Shown in pieces: positions 34,648-44,093 of a stretch of DNA of 64,000 nucleotides (position 1 is the stretch's first letter; each line of letters starts with the position of its first letter). Origin of the DNA: an uncultured Oscillospiraceae bacterium. GTDB taxonomy: Bacteria > Bacillota > Clostridia > Oscillospirales > Oscillospiraceae. The DNA is taken from assembly GCA_910587255.1 (NCBI GenBank), contig CAJUKT010000073.1, forward strand, positions 5,700 through 69,699. The letters are read 5' to 3'. The position numbers and the translations under genes are program-made. Under the pieces are notes generated by a model. It was not told the origin of the DNA, searched no databases, and worked only from the letters and a program-made list of their open reading frames with translations.

Positions 34648-36675
34648 ATGGGATTTATAGAAAACAAAAAACTTGCTGCGCGAATTGGGATTGCTACAAC
34701 CGTTATCACTCTGGTGGGGATGGCGCTGCTCTGGCTGGTCGTATCCACCAACGCCGCTTCTGTGGTCAAAAACGATATCACCAACCAAATGACTGACGCC
34801 GTGGAATCCAGAGCCGCTATCATTGACGCATACGTGCTCTCCGCGGAAGAATATATGGCCGCCTTTGCCCTGGGCAGCGAGGTTCGTGACCTGCTTCTAA
34901 ACCCGGACGACCCGGCCCTGCTTGCAAAGGCACAAAAGTATACGGAGGATTTTGCGGCAACCAAAGGGGTGTTTGAAGGGCTGTACATCGCCACCCCGGT
35001 CACCCATGTCCTGACCCACACCTCACAGGGGGCTATCGGGATGACCACCCGTACGGGGGATTCCCTGAAAACCTTTCAAGACACCATTCTGGCCCAGCAG
35101 CGGCTGACCAATCTGGGCATTATGCAGTCCCCGGGCACAGGCAGTATGATTTTATCCATGTACTACCCCATTTTTGAGGGAGAGCGGTGCATCGGCTACG
35201 TGGGGGCGGGTGTCTATGCCAGTCACCTGATGGACTCGCTGCTGAATCTGGATATCAAGGGCCTGCCCGACAGCGAATATGTATTCCTGAATGTGGATAC
35301 GGGCGTGTATCTGTACCATGAGGACGATTCGCTTTTGAATACTGAAACCACCGACGCCGGATACCGGGAGATTATCAAGCGCATTCAGGCGGACGGCAGC
35401 ACCCAGGCCAATACATATTCCTACCGGGGTGAGGATGGGGTCCAACAGCTGGTGGTGTATAAGTTTCTGAAGGACCGAGGCTGGGTGTTTATGGTTCGAG
35501 ACAACGCAACCGAGGTCTACGGCACTGTGACCAACGTACGCATTTTGGTGGGTGTGCTGTGCGCGGTGACTGCCGTGGCCGTCATCCTGCTCACCCTGCT
35601 GCTCCTGCGCCGGGAGGGCAGGGAGCTCATGGTGGTGGAGCGCGCCATTGGGCGCCTGGGGGATCTGAACCTATCCGCAGACCAGGAGCTGGAGCCATTC
35701 TATGGCCGGTCGGATGAGATCGGCATGATCGCCCAGACCACTCACCGGGTCTGCGGCTGTCTGAGGCAGACCATTGACGATGTGGGACGCATCCTGGGTG
35801 AGATGGCTGATGGTAATTTTGCCGTCGATGTTACCGAGAACGAGTCCTATTATATTGGGGACTTCAAGGTTTTGTCCACCAGCCTGCAGTCCATCCACGC
35901 CAATCTGGTGAACGTGATCCGTGATATTTCCCAGGTGGCCGGCGAAGTGGGCGCCAGCGCGGTTCGGGTTTCTACGGACGCGCAGGCCCTGGCCCAGGGT
36001 ACAACGGAGCAGGCCGCCTCGGTTGACGGCGTCGTGACAAATGTGAGCGCCATCACGGCCCAGATCCAGACCAGCACCGTGCGATGCGGCAGCGCCAGCG
36101 CGCTGGTGGATCAGGCCACTGGCTACGCGGCTGAGGCGGACACAAAAATGGAGCAGCTGACTGCGGCCACCAGGAACATCGACCAGTCCTCCGCCCAGAT
36201 CGGAACGATTATCAAGACCATCGAGGACATCGCGTTTCAGACCAATATTCTGGCGCTGAACGCCGCAGTAGAGGCCGCCCGTGCCGGAAGTGCGGGAAAG
36301 GGCTTTTCTGTGGTGGCGGATGAGGTTCGCAATTTGGCCGCTAAATCCGCTTCAGCCGCGCAGAATACCAATGAGCTGATCAGCCGGTCCATCCAGAGCG
36401 CCAAATCTGGAACAGAATCTACAGATCTGGAAGTTTCTGCCATGCAGGATATCGATAGCTGCATTCAGTCTATCAAAACCTTGATGGATGAGATTGCCGC
36501 CGCCAGTGTTCAGCAGTCGGAGATGATCTCGCTGGTGGAAACAGGAATTAAGGAGATCTCGGCGGTGGTGCAGGATAACTCTACCGCCGCGGAAAAAAGC
36601 GCCGCAGTCTCCAAGGAGCTGTCCCAGCAGGCACGGACCCTGAACAGTCTCATCAGCCGGTTCCGAATTCAATAA
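34648..36675 (+). CDS. Methyl-accepting chemotaxis protein (Cache-like sensor, HAMP, MA domain)
   Basis: N-terminal TM, a ~280-aa periplasmic domain, a second TM, then [43 protein letters not shown]. Confidence 0.9.
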   Translation: MGFIENKKLAARIGIATTVITLVGMALLWLVVSTNAASVVKNDITNQMTDAVESRAAIIDAYVLSAEEYMAAFALGSEVRDLLLNPDDPALLAKAQKYTEDFAATKGVFEGLYIATPVTHVLTHTSQGAIGMTTRTGDSLKTFQDTILAQQRLTNLGIMQSPGTGSMILSMYYPIFEGERCIGYVGAGVYASHLMDSLLNLDIKGLPDSEYVFLNVDTGVYLYHEDDSLLNTETTDAGYREIIKRIQADGSTQANTYSYRGEDGVQQLVVYKFLKDRGWVFMVRDNATEVYGTVTNVRILVGVLCAVTAVAVILLTLLLLRREGRELMVVERAIGRLGDLNLSADQELEPFYGRSDEIGMIAQTTHRVCGCLRQTIDDVGRILGEMADGNFAVDVTENESYYIGDFKVLSTSLQSIHANLVNVIRDISQVAGEVGASAVRVSTDAQALAQGTTEQAASVDGVVTNVSAITAQIQTSTVRCGSASALVDQATGYAAEADTKMEQLTAATRNIDQSSAQIGTIIKTIEDIAFQTNILALNAAVEAARAGSAGKGFSVVADEVRNLAAKSASAAQNTNELISRSIQSAKSGTESTDLEVSAMQDIDSCIQSIKTLMDEIAAASVQQSEMISLVETGIKEISAVVQDNSTAAEKSAAVSKELSQQARTLNSLISRFRIQ

Positions 36676-36681
36676 GTGAAA

Positions 36682-36736
36682 ACCGGCCTGCCGTCCCCAC
36701 CCTCTGAAGGTGGGGACGGCAGGCCGGTATCTTTTC
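36682..36736. terminator. Bidirectional terminator between the MCP gene and nifU
   Basis: A 20-bp stem ACCGGCCTGCCGTCCCCACC / GGTGGGGACGGCAGGCCGGT has T-runs on both strands. Confidence 0.8.
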
Positions 36737-36815
36737 GCGTAAAAAACGAAGATATCGCCTCAAAGTTGAGAACAGCTAAAAAGTCAGTTCCGCCCTAAAC
36801 GCCAGGATCTTTTGC

Positions 36816-37259
36816 TCATTCGCCGTGATGGTCGTGTTCGTGACAACAGGAGCAGTCGCCACTGCAGAACTGTTCAGGCTCGTAGGCAATGCCGTTCTTA
36901 TCGTAATAGTCCTTGATGGCGGCGCGCACCGCTTCCTCAGCCAGGACGGAACAGTGGATCTTATGGGCGGGCAGGCCGTCCAGCGCCTCCACCACGGCCT
37001 GGTTGGTGAGGGACAGGGCCTCGTCCACCTGCTTGCCTTTGATGAGCTCGGTGGCCATGGAGCTGGTGGCAATGGCACTGCCGCAGCCAAAGGTCTCGAA
37101 CTTCACGTCCACGATGATTCCGTCCTCGATTTTGAGGTACATTTTCATGATATCGCCGCACTTGGCGTTACCCACCTCTCCTACGCCGTCGGCATCGGCG
37201 ATCTCGCCTACGTTGCGGGGATTACGAAAATGATCCATCACCTTTTCACTGTATAACAT
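36816..37259 (-). CDS. nifU: IscU/NifU-type Fe-S scaffold with a Cys/His-rich C-terminal tail
   Basis: MLYSEKVMDHFRNPRNVG...NAKCGD...FGCGSAIA...HCS and the tail CSGDCSCCHEHDHHGE. The start overlaps the nifS stop by 14 nt. Confidence 0.9.
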   Translation of the reverse strand: MLYSEKVMDHFRNPRNVGEIADADGVGEVGNAKCGDIMKMYLKIEDGIIVDVKFETFGCGSAIATSSMATELIKGKQVDEALSLTNQAVVEALDGLPAHKIHCSVLAEEAVRAAIKDYYDKNGIAYEPEQFCSGDCSCCHEHDHHGE

Positions 37260-38445
37260 AGCTGCGCTCTCCTCTCTGTAAAGATTTCCAAACGGGAGAC
37301 ATATCCCGCAGATAATTGACCACCTCAGCGGTGGCTTGGGCGATAGACTCCACATCCTCCATGGTGTTGTCCCGGTCCAAGGAGAGGCGAAGGGAGCCGT
37401 GGGCCACCTCATGGGGGCGGCCGATGGCCAGCAGCACGTGGCTGGGGTCCAGCGAGCCGGAGGTGCAGGCCGACCCGGAGGAGGCGGCAACCCCCTTATC
37501 GTCCAGCAGCAGCAACAGGGATTCGCCCTCAATGCCCTCAAAACAGAAGCTTACATTGCCGGGCAGCCGCCGTTCCCTGTCGCCGTTCAGGGCGGCATGG
37601 GGGATGGCGGACAGCTTTTCGATGAGGGTGTCCCGCAGGGAGGACACATAGACATTGTTTTCTGCCATGTGGGTTACGGCATCGTCCAGCGCGGCGGCCA
37701 TGCCCAGAATGGCGGGCAGGTTTTCCGTGCCGGCCCGGAGACCCCGCTCCTGGGCCCCGCCGTGGATGAGGGGGAACAGGGGGGCGCCCCGGCGCACGTA
37801 CAGCGCACCCACGCCCCGGGGGCCGTGGAACTTGTGGCCGGACAGGGAAAGCATGTCGATATTTTGTGCTGTCACGTCGATGGGCAGATGGCCTACCGCC
37901 TGAACGGCGTCCGTATGGAAGGGGACGCCCTTTTCCCGGCACAGTGCGCCAATCTCGGCCACGGGCTGGATGGTGCCGATCTCATTGTTGGCGTACATGA
38001 CGGACACCAGAGCGGTATCCTCCCGGATGGCGGCGGCCACGTCCTCCACCTTGACGATGCCGCTCCCGTCCACCGGGAGGAGGTTGATGTCATAGCCCTC
38101 CTTGGACAGCTGCTCCATGGTATGGAGGACGGCATGGTGTTCAATGGCGGTGGTGATGAGGTGCTTTTTACCCTTGCGCGCCCCAATTTTGGCGGCGCTG
38201 GCAATGGCCTGATTATCCGCCTCGCTGCCGCCGGAGGTGAAATAGATGTCCCCCGGCTGGGCGCCGATGGCCCTGGCCACCGTTTCCCGGGCGGTCTGGA
38301 GGGCCTCCCTGGCCTGCTGCCCCGGGGAGTGGAGGCTGGAGGGATTGCCCCAGAAGCGCTCCATGCCGTCCAGCATGGCCTGCTGGGCGGCGGGACAGGC
38401 TTTGGTGGTGGCGGCGTTGTCCGCGTATATCATGATGTGTTCCAT
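37246..38445 (-). CDS. nifS: Cysteine desulfurase
   Basis: IYADNAATT..., the PLP-Lys motif SGHKFHGPRG and the active-site SSGSACTS. ATG 38433 is an alternative start. Confidence 0.92.
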   Translation of the reverse strand: MEHIMIYADNAATTKACPAAQQAMLDGMERFWGNPSSLHSPGQQAREALQTARETVARAIGAQPGDIYFTSGGSEADNQAIASAAKIGARKGKKHLITTAIEHHAVLHTMEQLSKEGYDINLLPVDGSGIVKVEDVAAAIREDTALVSVMYANNEIGTIQPVAEIGALCREKGVPFHTDAVQAVGHLPIDVTAQNIDMLSLSGHKFHGPRGVGALYVRRGAPLFPLIHGGAQERGLRAGTENLPAILGMAAALDDAVTHMAENNVYVSSLRDTLIEKLSAIPHAALNGDRERRLPGNVSFCFEGIEGESLLLLLDDKGVAASSGSACTSGSLDPSHVLLAIGRPHEVAHGSLRLSLDRDNTMEDVESIAQATAEVVNYLRDMSPVWKSLQRGERSYVIQ

Positions 38446-38519
38446 CTCCTTATATTTGAGCGTCCGCGCCGTTGCGGGCGGCGCGGGGCGTGATAGCCTT
38501 ACATCCGCTTACCGCCCAA

Positions 38520-38548
38520 ATCATACCGTAAAAAGCATACCTTGTCAA
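38520..38548 (-). promoter_or_regulatory. Sigma-A promoter for nifS-nifU
   Basis: On the minus strand, TTGACA (38548-38543), a 17-nt spacer and TATGAT (38525-38520). Confidence 0.6.
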
Positions 38549-38696
38549 TAGGAATTGTGGAAATTCTTATGAGACACCCCCATAGCATTCCCAGGAGGCG
38601 GAAAATTACAACCAGGATGGCGCAGCAGCGCCAGAGAGGGCTTTTCTTTTACGATTGGGTGTGATATACTGGGCGCAGATAAAGGAGGGAAGCGCC

Positions 38697-39419
38697 ATGA
38701 CGCCTCTGGAACAATTGCAGCAATGGATCAAGGAGAGCCGGAACATCGTCTTTTTCGGCGGGGCAGGCGTGTCCACCGAGAGCGGTATCCCGGATTTCCG
38801 CAGCGTGGACGGGCTGTACAATCAGAGGTACCGGCAGCCGCCGGAGACGATCCTCAGCCACACCTATTTCGAGGGGCATACCGGGGATTTTTACCGCTTT
38901 TACCGGGACAAGATGATCTGCCTTGACGCAAAACCCAACGCCGCCCACCTAAAGCTGGCGGAATTGGAGCGGGCGGGCAAGCTCCGGGCGGTGGTCACCC
39001 AGAACATCGACGGACTGCATCAGCTGGCGGGCAGCCAAGCGGTGTATGAGCTCCACGGCTCGGTCCACCGCAACTACTGCACAAAATGCCGTGCGTTTTA
39101 CGGTGTAGACTTCATTCAAGCGGGGGAAGGCGTACCCCTGTGCCCGGTGTGCGGCGGCGTGGTGAAGCCGGATGTGGTGCTGTACGAGGAGGGGCTGGAT
39201 CAGGATACGGTGGAGGGCGCTGTGCGGGCCATCGCCGGGGCGGATGTGCTCATCGTGGGTGGGACCTCCCTGGTGGTCTACCCCGCGGCGGGGCTCATCA
39301 ATTATTACCGGGGGAACCGGCTGGTGCTCATCAACCGGGACCCAACTCCATGCGATGGGCAGGCGGATCTGGTGATTCACGACTCCATCGGCAAGGTGCT
39401 GGGAGGGATTGCGGTATGA
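38697..39419 (+). CDS. cobB: NAD-dependent protein deacylase (Sir2 family)
   Basis: FFGGAGVSTESGIPDFRS, the Zn ribbon CTKC...CPVCGG, and VGGTSLVVYPAA. AAGGAGGGA lies upstream of ATG 38697. Confidence 0.9.
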   Translation: MTPLEQLQQWIKESRNIVFFGGAGVSTESGIPDFRSVDGLYNQRYRQPPETILSHTYFEGHTGDFYRFYRDKMICLDAKPNAAHLKLAELERAGKLRAVVTQNIDGLHQLAGSQAVYELHGSVHRNYCTKCRAFYGVDFIQAGEGVPLCPVCGGVVKPDVVLYEEGLDQDTVEGAVRAIAGADVLIVGGTSLVVYPAAGLINYYRGNRLVLINRDPTPCDGQADLVIHDSIGKVLGGIAV

Positions 39420-40315
39420 AGCAGAGCGCAGGCGGACGGGCGGTTCAGGTGCTGATCGCCCTGGGCAAGAGCGTGTGTTATCTGGCGCTGTTTTTGGGCG
39501 CCCAGGTGCTGGTGATGCTGCCGGTGGTGGTGGCTGCCGCTGTGCAGTCGGCGCTGGAGAATTGGGAGGCGGCGGAGCAGCTGTACGGCGTGCTGTATGA
39601 AAGCGCCATGCTATTCACCGCGGTGTCGGGGCTGCTCGCCATTGGGGTGATCCTTCTGTTCTACCGCATCCGGCGGAAAAAGCTGGGGGACGCTTTGTGG
39701 CTGCGGCGGGTGGAGGGCCCGGGGCTGCTGTCCGGGGCGGCGCTGGCCCCGGCGCTGTATTTGGCGGTTACTGTGGCGATGATGGCTCTTCCCGAGGCAT
39801 GGCTGGACAGCTATGCCGAGGCGTCCTCCGGCGTGAGCGGCGGCGGGGTGATTGGCATTGTGGCGGTGGTGCTGGTGGCTCCGGTGGTGGAGGAGTTTAT
39901 CTTCCGGGGGCTCATCATGACCCGGCTGGCGCAGGCCATGCCCGGCTGGCTGGCCGCAGCGCTGTCCGCCGCCATTTTTGGGCTGTGCCACGGCCACCCG
40001 GTCTGGTTTGCCTACACCTTTGTGCTGGGCGTGCTGTTTGGGCTGATGGATCTGCGGCTGGGGTCCATCTGGCCGTCCATCCTGGCCCACATGGTCTTCA
40101 ACGGTGTGGGCCAGGTACTGGATCTGCTGCCGGAGGATGACGTGGTAATCATGGGGGCGTACCTTGTCCTGGTGGCGGCGGCCGTTGTGCTCCCGGTTCT
40201 GGCCCGGAGAGAGGTGAAAGCCCTGTTCCGGCCCAAACCCCAGGCGCTCCCGGCCCAGGAGGGGGAGCCTCCCGCCCAGCCTGGAGGCTGCGAGTGGAAC
40301 CCCTGGGATGAGTAA
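39416..40315 (+). CDS. CPBP-family intramembrane glutamic endopeptidase
   Basis: EEFIFRGLIM, FGLCHG and AHMVFN motifs. The ATG overlaps the cobB stop. Confidence 0.85.
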   Translation: MKQSAGGRAVQVLIALGKSVCYLALFLGAQVLVMLPVVVAAAVQSALENWEAAEQLYGVLYESAMLFTAVSGLLAIGVILLFYRIRRKKLGDALWLRRVEGPGLLSGAALAPALYLAVTVAMMALPEAWLDSYAEASSGVSGGGVIGIVAVVLVAPVVEEFIFRGLIMTRLAQAMPGWLAAALSAAIFGLCHGHPVWFAYTFVLGVLFGLMDLRLGSIWPSILAHMVFNGVGQVLDLLPEDDVVIMGAYLVLVAAAVVLPVLARREVKALFRPKPQALPAQEGEPPAQPGGCEWNPWDE

Positions 40316-40319
40316 AGGT

Positions 40320-40353
40320 AAACCCTGCGGCGTCCTGCCGCAGGGTTTGTTCT
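40320..40353 (+). terminator. Terminator hairpin after the CPBP gene
   Basis: AAACCCTGCGGC-gtcct-GCCGCAGGGTTT followed by GTTCTC (weak U-run). Confidence 0.55.
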
Positions 40354-40386
40354 CACTTTGATTTATTGAAAAACAATAAAAAATAC

Positions 40387-40415
40387 TTGACAAACGATAT
40401 AGCGCGTGATAAGCT
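40387..40415 (+). promoter_or_regulatory. Sigma-A-type promoter
   Basis: TTGACA (40387-40392), a 17-nt spacer and TGaTAAGCT (40407-40415). Confidence 0.5.
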
Positions 40416-40436
40416 CTGGGACAAGAGGTGGTGGAT

Positions 40437-41027
40437 ATGGAACAAACTTCCGTGCAGAAGCTGGCCCGTGTGCTGCGGGTCATGGTGCTGGCAGTCTTTG
40501 TGTGCAATATCATTGTGCTGTTCTTTGTGCCCGCCCTGGCGGCCATGCTGGCGGAGAACCGATGGGACGGGCAGACCATGGAACGGCTTTTGAGCGGGGA
40601 GAGCGTGGGGTTCTGGCTGAATTTCACCCTCCATATGTGGAATCCCTTCATCTGGATGATGGCTGCGGTGGGGGAGGAGCAGTATTGGCTGGTGCTGACG
40701 GCGTTTTTGCTCTTTTGCGGTGTGTGCACCGCCGTTATCCTGTGGCAGGGCAGGCGGGTGCTGGACACCATCCTGAAGGGGAACCCCTTCGTTATGGACA
40801 ACGCGAAAAGCCTGAAGACGGCGGCAATGTGCTGCTTTCTCATCTCCGGGGCGGCGCTGGCGCGGCTGGTCTGGGGGTTTGCCTATTATCGGAGCATCAT
40901 GCCGATGCTCACCTACAACGCCCTGTTTGTGCCCATCTTTTTGATGGGCGGGCTGCTGTTCATGGTCATGTCTGCCCTGTTCCGCCAGGCGGTGGAGCTC
41001 AAGGCGGAAAACGACCTGACCATCTAG
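40437..41027 (+). CDS. DUF2975-family membrane protein
   Basis: MEQTSVQKLARVLRVMVLAVFVCNIIVLFF... with four TM segments. It is followed by a YozG-type HTH gene, the usual partner as far as I recall. Confidence 0.7.
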   Translation: MEQTSVQKLARVLRVMVLAVFVCNIIVLFFVPALAAMLAENRWDGQTMERLLSGESVGFWLNFTLHMWNPFIWMMAAVGEEQYWLVLTAFLLFCGVCTAVILWQGRRVLDTILKGNPFVMDNAKSLKTAAMCCFLISGAALARLVWGFAYYRSIMPMLTYNALFVPIFLMGGLLFMVMSALFRQAVELKAENDLTI

Positions 41028-41037
41028 GGGGCGGCGT

Positions 41038-41253
41038 ATGGCGATTGTGGTGAATCTGGATGTGATGATGGCAAAGCGGAAAATGTCCCTGGGAGAGCTG
41101 TCCCAGAAGGTGGACGTGACTATGGCCAACCTGTCCATTTTGAAAAACAACAAGGCCAAGGCGGTGCGCTTTTCCACGCTGGAGGCCATTTGCAAAGCGC
41201 TGGACTGCCAGCCGGGGGATATCCTGGAGTACGTGCCCGACGAGGCGGACTGA
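41038..41253 (+). CDS. YozG-like XRE-family HTH regulator
   Basis: 71 aa, AKRKMSLGELSQKVDVTMANLSILKNNKAKAVRFSTLEAICKALDCQPGDILEY. Confidence 0.85.
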   Translation: MAIVVNLDVMMAKRKMSLGELSQKVDVTMANLSILKNNKAKAVRFSTLEAICKALDCQPGDILEYVPDEAD

Positions 41254-41335
41254 CAACCCCATAACCCGAACCGCATGACCGCCCCGGCCATGGGGCGGTC
41301 TTTTTGCGGCCCAATTTGGAAAGGAGATACTTGAA

Positions 41336-41737
41336 ATGAAACGCTTTTTGACCCGTTGCTTGATCGTGCCCGCGCTGCTGCTCGCCCTGTGCAGCTGCGG
41401 CGGGGAAGAAAAAATCGACTATGACCTGGTGTTCGTCAACGGCTCGGACGCGAAAATCGTGGAGGTGGTGGTGGACTTCCAGGATCGGAACGGAGGGAGC
41501 CGGAACGCCGACAGCTCCCCCCTGAAGCGGGGGGATAGCTTCGGCTTTGAGGCGGGGGAGTACCCGGTGACGGTGTATGTGTACGACAAAGTCGCTAACG
41601 ATGTGGTGGCGGGGGCGGTGGCCCAGATCACCGTCCCCAAGGCCCCGCCCGAGGGGGAGCGCTGGTATGTCACGGCCTGGGACGGGGCGGGTGGCCTCGC
41701 CCTGACCGTGGAAAACCAGTGGCCCGAGGGGGTGTGA
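41336..41737 (+). CDS. Lipoprotein, hypothetical
   Basis: MKRFLTRCLIVPALLLALCSCGG signal peptide with a lipobox. GGAAAGGAG lies upstream. Confidence 0.7.
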   Translation: MKRFLTRCLIVPALLLALCSCGGEEKIDYDLVFVNGSDAKIVEVVVDFQDRNGGSRNADSSPLKRGDSFGFEAGEYPVTVYVYDKVANDVVAGAVAQITVPKAPPEGERWYVTAWDGAGGLALTVENQWPEGV

Positions 41738-41739
41738 AA

Positions 41740-42303
41740 ATGGAGGACTTCCTGCTGTCCCCGGCGGCGGGGGTGCTGATCCGGGTTTTCCTTCTGTGGG
41801 GGCCGCTGCTGGTGCTGGCGGCGGTGTGTGTGCTCACCTTGAGCAAGCTGGAGCCTCAGCGGAGGCGGGGCCTGCTCCCGCTGCTGGCGGCGATGCTGGT
41901 TCTTGCCGCTGTGCTGTTCGGCGGAGCTTGGCTGCTGGCCCGGCTGGGGCTGGCGTGGCGCACCTGGGCGCAGGAGGGGCTGGCCGCCCTGCTGTGGCTG
42001 GCGGGCCTGTCCACCGGGATTTTGACGGTGGTTTACGCCAGACGCTGGCTGGACGGCGCGAAGGGTCCGGCGACGTGGCTGTGCGGGTTCTGCCTGGCGG
42101 GGGCCATGTTCTCGTGCAGCGTGCTGGGCCTGCTGTGGTCCCTTGGCCCCGGCGAGACGGTGGGCGATTACCAGGGCCGGAAGGTGGTTCAGGGCAGGTG
42201 GGTGTGGCTGGATACCTCCTACGCCCTCTACGAGTACCGCGGCCCCCTGGTGCGGGGCGCGGAACCCATCGCCCAGGGACTGGAGCCGCTGATTGACGGC
42301 TGA
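41740..42303 (+). CDS. Hypothetical membrane protein
   Basis: MEDFLLSPAAGVLIRVFLLWGPLLVLAAVCVL... with four TM segments. It starts 3 nt after the lipoprotein stop. Confidence 0.6.
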   Translation: MEDFLLSPAAGVLIRVFLLWGPLLVLAAVCVLTLSKLEPQRRRGLLPLLAAMLVLAAVLFGGAWLLARLGLAWRTWAQEGLAALLWLAGLSTGILTVVYARRWLDGAKGPATWLCGFCLAGAMFSCSVLGLLWSLGPGETVGDYQGRKVVQGRWVWLDTSYALYEYRGPLVRGAEPIAQGLEPLIDG

Positions 42304-42306
42304 GCC

Positions 42307-42335
42307 TTGCAATTTCCGCGGTTTGGCGGTATAAT
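42307..42335 (+). promoter_or_regulatory. Sigma-A promoter for udp
   Basis: TTGCAA (42307-42312), a 17-nt spacer and TATAAT (42330-42335). Confidence 0.6.
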
Positions 42336-42365
42336 GGAGCCAAATCAAGGAAATGAGGTGCGGCC

Positions 42366-43139
42366 ATGATCGGTTCGGAACGGCAATTTCACATCAACTG
42401 CAAGCAGGGCGACGTGGGACGGTACTGCCTGCTCCCCGGCGACCCGGGGCGGTGCGAGAAGATCGCCCGGTATTTTGAAAACCCCGTCCACGTGATGACC
42501 AACCGGGAGTATGTTACCTATACCGGCACGCTGCTGGGGGAGAAGGTGAGCGTCACCTCCACCGGCATCGGCGGGCCCTCCGCTTCCATCGCCATGGAGG
42601 AGCTGGCCAATCTCGGTGCGGACACCTTTGTGCGGGTGGGCACCTGCGGGGGCATCAAGCTGGAGGTGACCAGCGGCGATATCGTGGTGGCCACCGGCGC
42701 GGTGCGCATGGAGGGCGCCAGCCGGGAGTACGCCCCCATCGAGTTCCCAGCCGTGGCGGATTTTGAGGTGCTTACCGCCCTGGTGGATGCGGCAAAGGCG
42801 TCGGGCCGCCGCTGGCACGCCGGGGTGGTGCAGTGCAAAGACTCCTTCTACGGCCAGCACTCGCCGGATCGGATGCCGGTGTCTTACGAGCTGCAAAGCA
42901 AGTGGGAGGCGTGGAAGCGGCTGGGGGTGCTGGCCTCGGAGATGGAGAGCGCGGCACTGTTCACCGTGGCGGCCCACCGGGGGGTGCGCTGCGGCTCCGC
43001 TTTCCACGTCATCTGGAACCAGGAGCGCAACGCCGCCGGGCTGGACCAGACCCGGGATGAGGACACCGAATCCGCTATCCGGGTGGGGATCGAGGCGGTG
43101 AAGCTGCTTATTCAAAGAGACCGGGCGTCGGGCCGATAA
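42366..43139 (+). CDS. udp: Uridine phosphorylase (PNP/UDP family)
   Basis: [20 protein letters not shown]...[32 protein letters not shown], close to E. coli Udp motifs. Confidence 0.8.
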   Translation: MIGSERQFHINCKQGDVGRYCLLPGDPGRCEKIARYFENPVHVMTNREYVTYTGTLLGEKVSVTSTGIGGPSASIAMEELANLGADTFVRVGTCGGIKLEVTSGDIVVATGAVRMEGASREYAPIEFPAVADFEVLTALVDAAKASGRRWHAGVVQCKDSFYGQHSPDRMPVSYELQSKWEAWKRLGVLASEMESAALFTVAAHRGVRCGSAFHVIWNQERNAAGLDQTRDEDTESAIRVGIEAVKLLIQRDRASGR

Positions 43140-43404
43140 GGGTATCGTAAAATTCGGCCCTGGCCTCGGCCTGGGCGGGGGTGCGCTGCTGTCCGGGCCG
43201 GGTGTCGTCGCTCACCGTATTGAGCGCCATCAAGGCCAGGTTGCTGCGCATCAGGTCGAACAGGGAGGCCAGTATGGCCAGCTCGTCCGCCGTTTTGCCC
43301 TGGCCGATGTAGACGGAGAGGGCGGCGGCTATGGCAACGAGATTGGCGCCCTGGCCCTGAGAGTGGTTGAAATTACAGCATGGCACACCGAAGCCCCCCT
43401 TCAT
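43108..43404 (-). CDS. Small hypothetical protein (98 aa) with a CC motif
   Basis: [61 protein letters not shown]... Codon usage is GC3-rich, but there is no clear RBS. It overlaps the udp 3' end by 32 nt in convergent orientation. Confidence 0.45.
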   Translation of the reverse strand: MKGGFGVPCCNFNHSQGQGANLVAIAAALSVYIGQGKTADELAILASLFDLMRSNLALMALNTVSDDTRPGQQRTPAQAEARAEFYDTLIGPTPGLFE

Positions 43405-43438
43405 CCCAGTGTATGCGGGGAATGGGAAAGTGGCAGTC

Positions 43439-43474
43439 AAAACCGCCGGGAATTTTATATTCCCGGCGGTTTTT
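43439..43474. terminator. Bidirectional terminator
   Basis: AAAACCGCCGGGAAT-tttat-ATTCCCGGCGGTTTT with T-runs on both strands. It lies directly after the GNAT stop (43481). Confidence 0.8.
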
Positions 43475-43480
43475 CGTTTT

Positions 43481-44041
43481 TTACAGCTTTTTCACATACC
43501 GCAGGTCGTGGCAGGGCGGACTGTTGGGAAAGGGGATGTCGGCGCTGGTGCCGTCCCAGGCGAAGCCGTGGGCGGCGTAGAACCGCCGGGCGCCTTCGTT
43601 TTCCTGAAGGACAAACACGAAAGCGCTTGGAAAACCCTCCAGCTTCATCCGGCGGCAGGCCTCCTCAAACAACAGCCCGCCGTAGCCGTGCCCGCGCTGG
43701 GCCGGGTGGGTGTAGAAGGAGGCGATCTCTCCCCAGTCGGCGTAGGACTCGTTGTCGAATTTACAGATGTCGCCGGGGTTGTAGTTCACCGTCCGGGCCT
43801 TGCAGTAGTTCAGGCAGGACACCGGCTCGTCTCCCCGGTATAGCAAAAGGCCGCGCACGCCGCTTTGGGTCTCGTAATTCCGGCGGAAGATCTCCACCCA
43901 CCGGTCATCGGTGATCTCCCGGGCCATATAGTCGGCGGGCACCGCGTTTACATAGGTATCCCGCCAGCCCAGGGCGTGTATGAGGGACATGGCTCTGAAA
44001 TGCTCCTCGGTGCAGGCATCCACAAAGCGCAATTCTTCCAT
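43481..44041 (-). CDS. GNAT-family N-acetyltransferase
   Basis: MEELRFVDACTEEHFRAMSLIHALGWRDTY...HPAQRGHGYGGLLFEEACRRM (motif A). AGGAGGA lies 5 nt before ATG 44041. Confidence 0.85.
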   Translation of the reverse strand: MEELRFVDACTEEHFRAMSLIHALGWRDTYVNAVPADYMAREITDDRWVEIFRRNYETQSGVRGLLLYRGDEPVSCLNYCKARTVNYNPGDICKFDNESYADWGEIASFYTHPAQRGHGYGGLLFEEACRRMKLEGFPSAFVFVLQENEGARRFYAAHGFAWDGTSADIPFPNSPPCHDLRYVKKL

Positions 44042-44093
44042 GGCAATCCTCCTAAATGAGCGGCCCCGCCCCGGCCGGGCAGGGCCGTGAATC

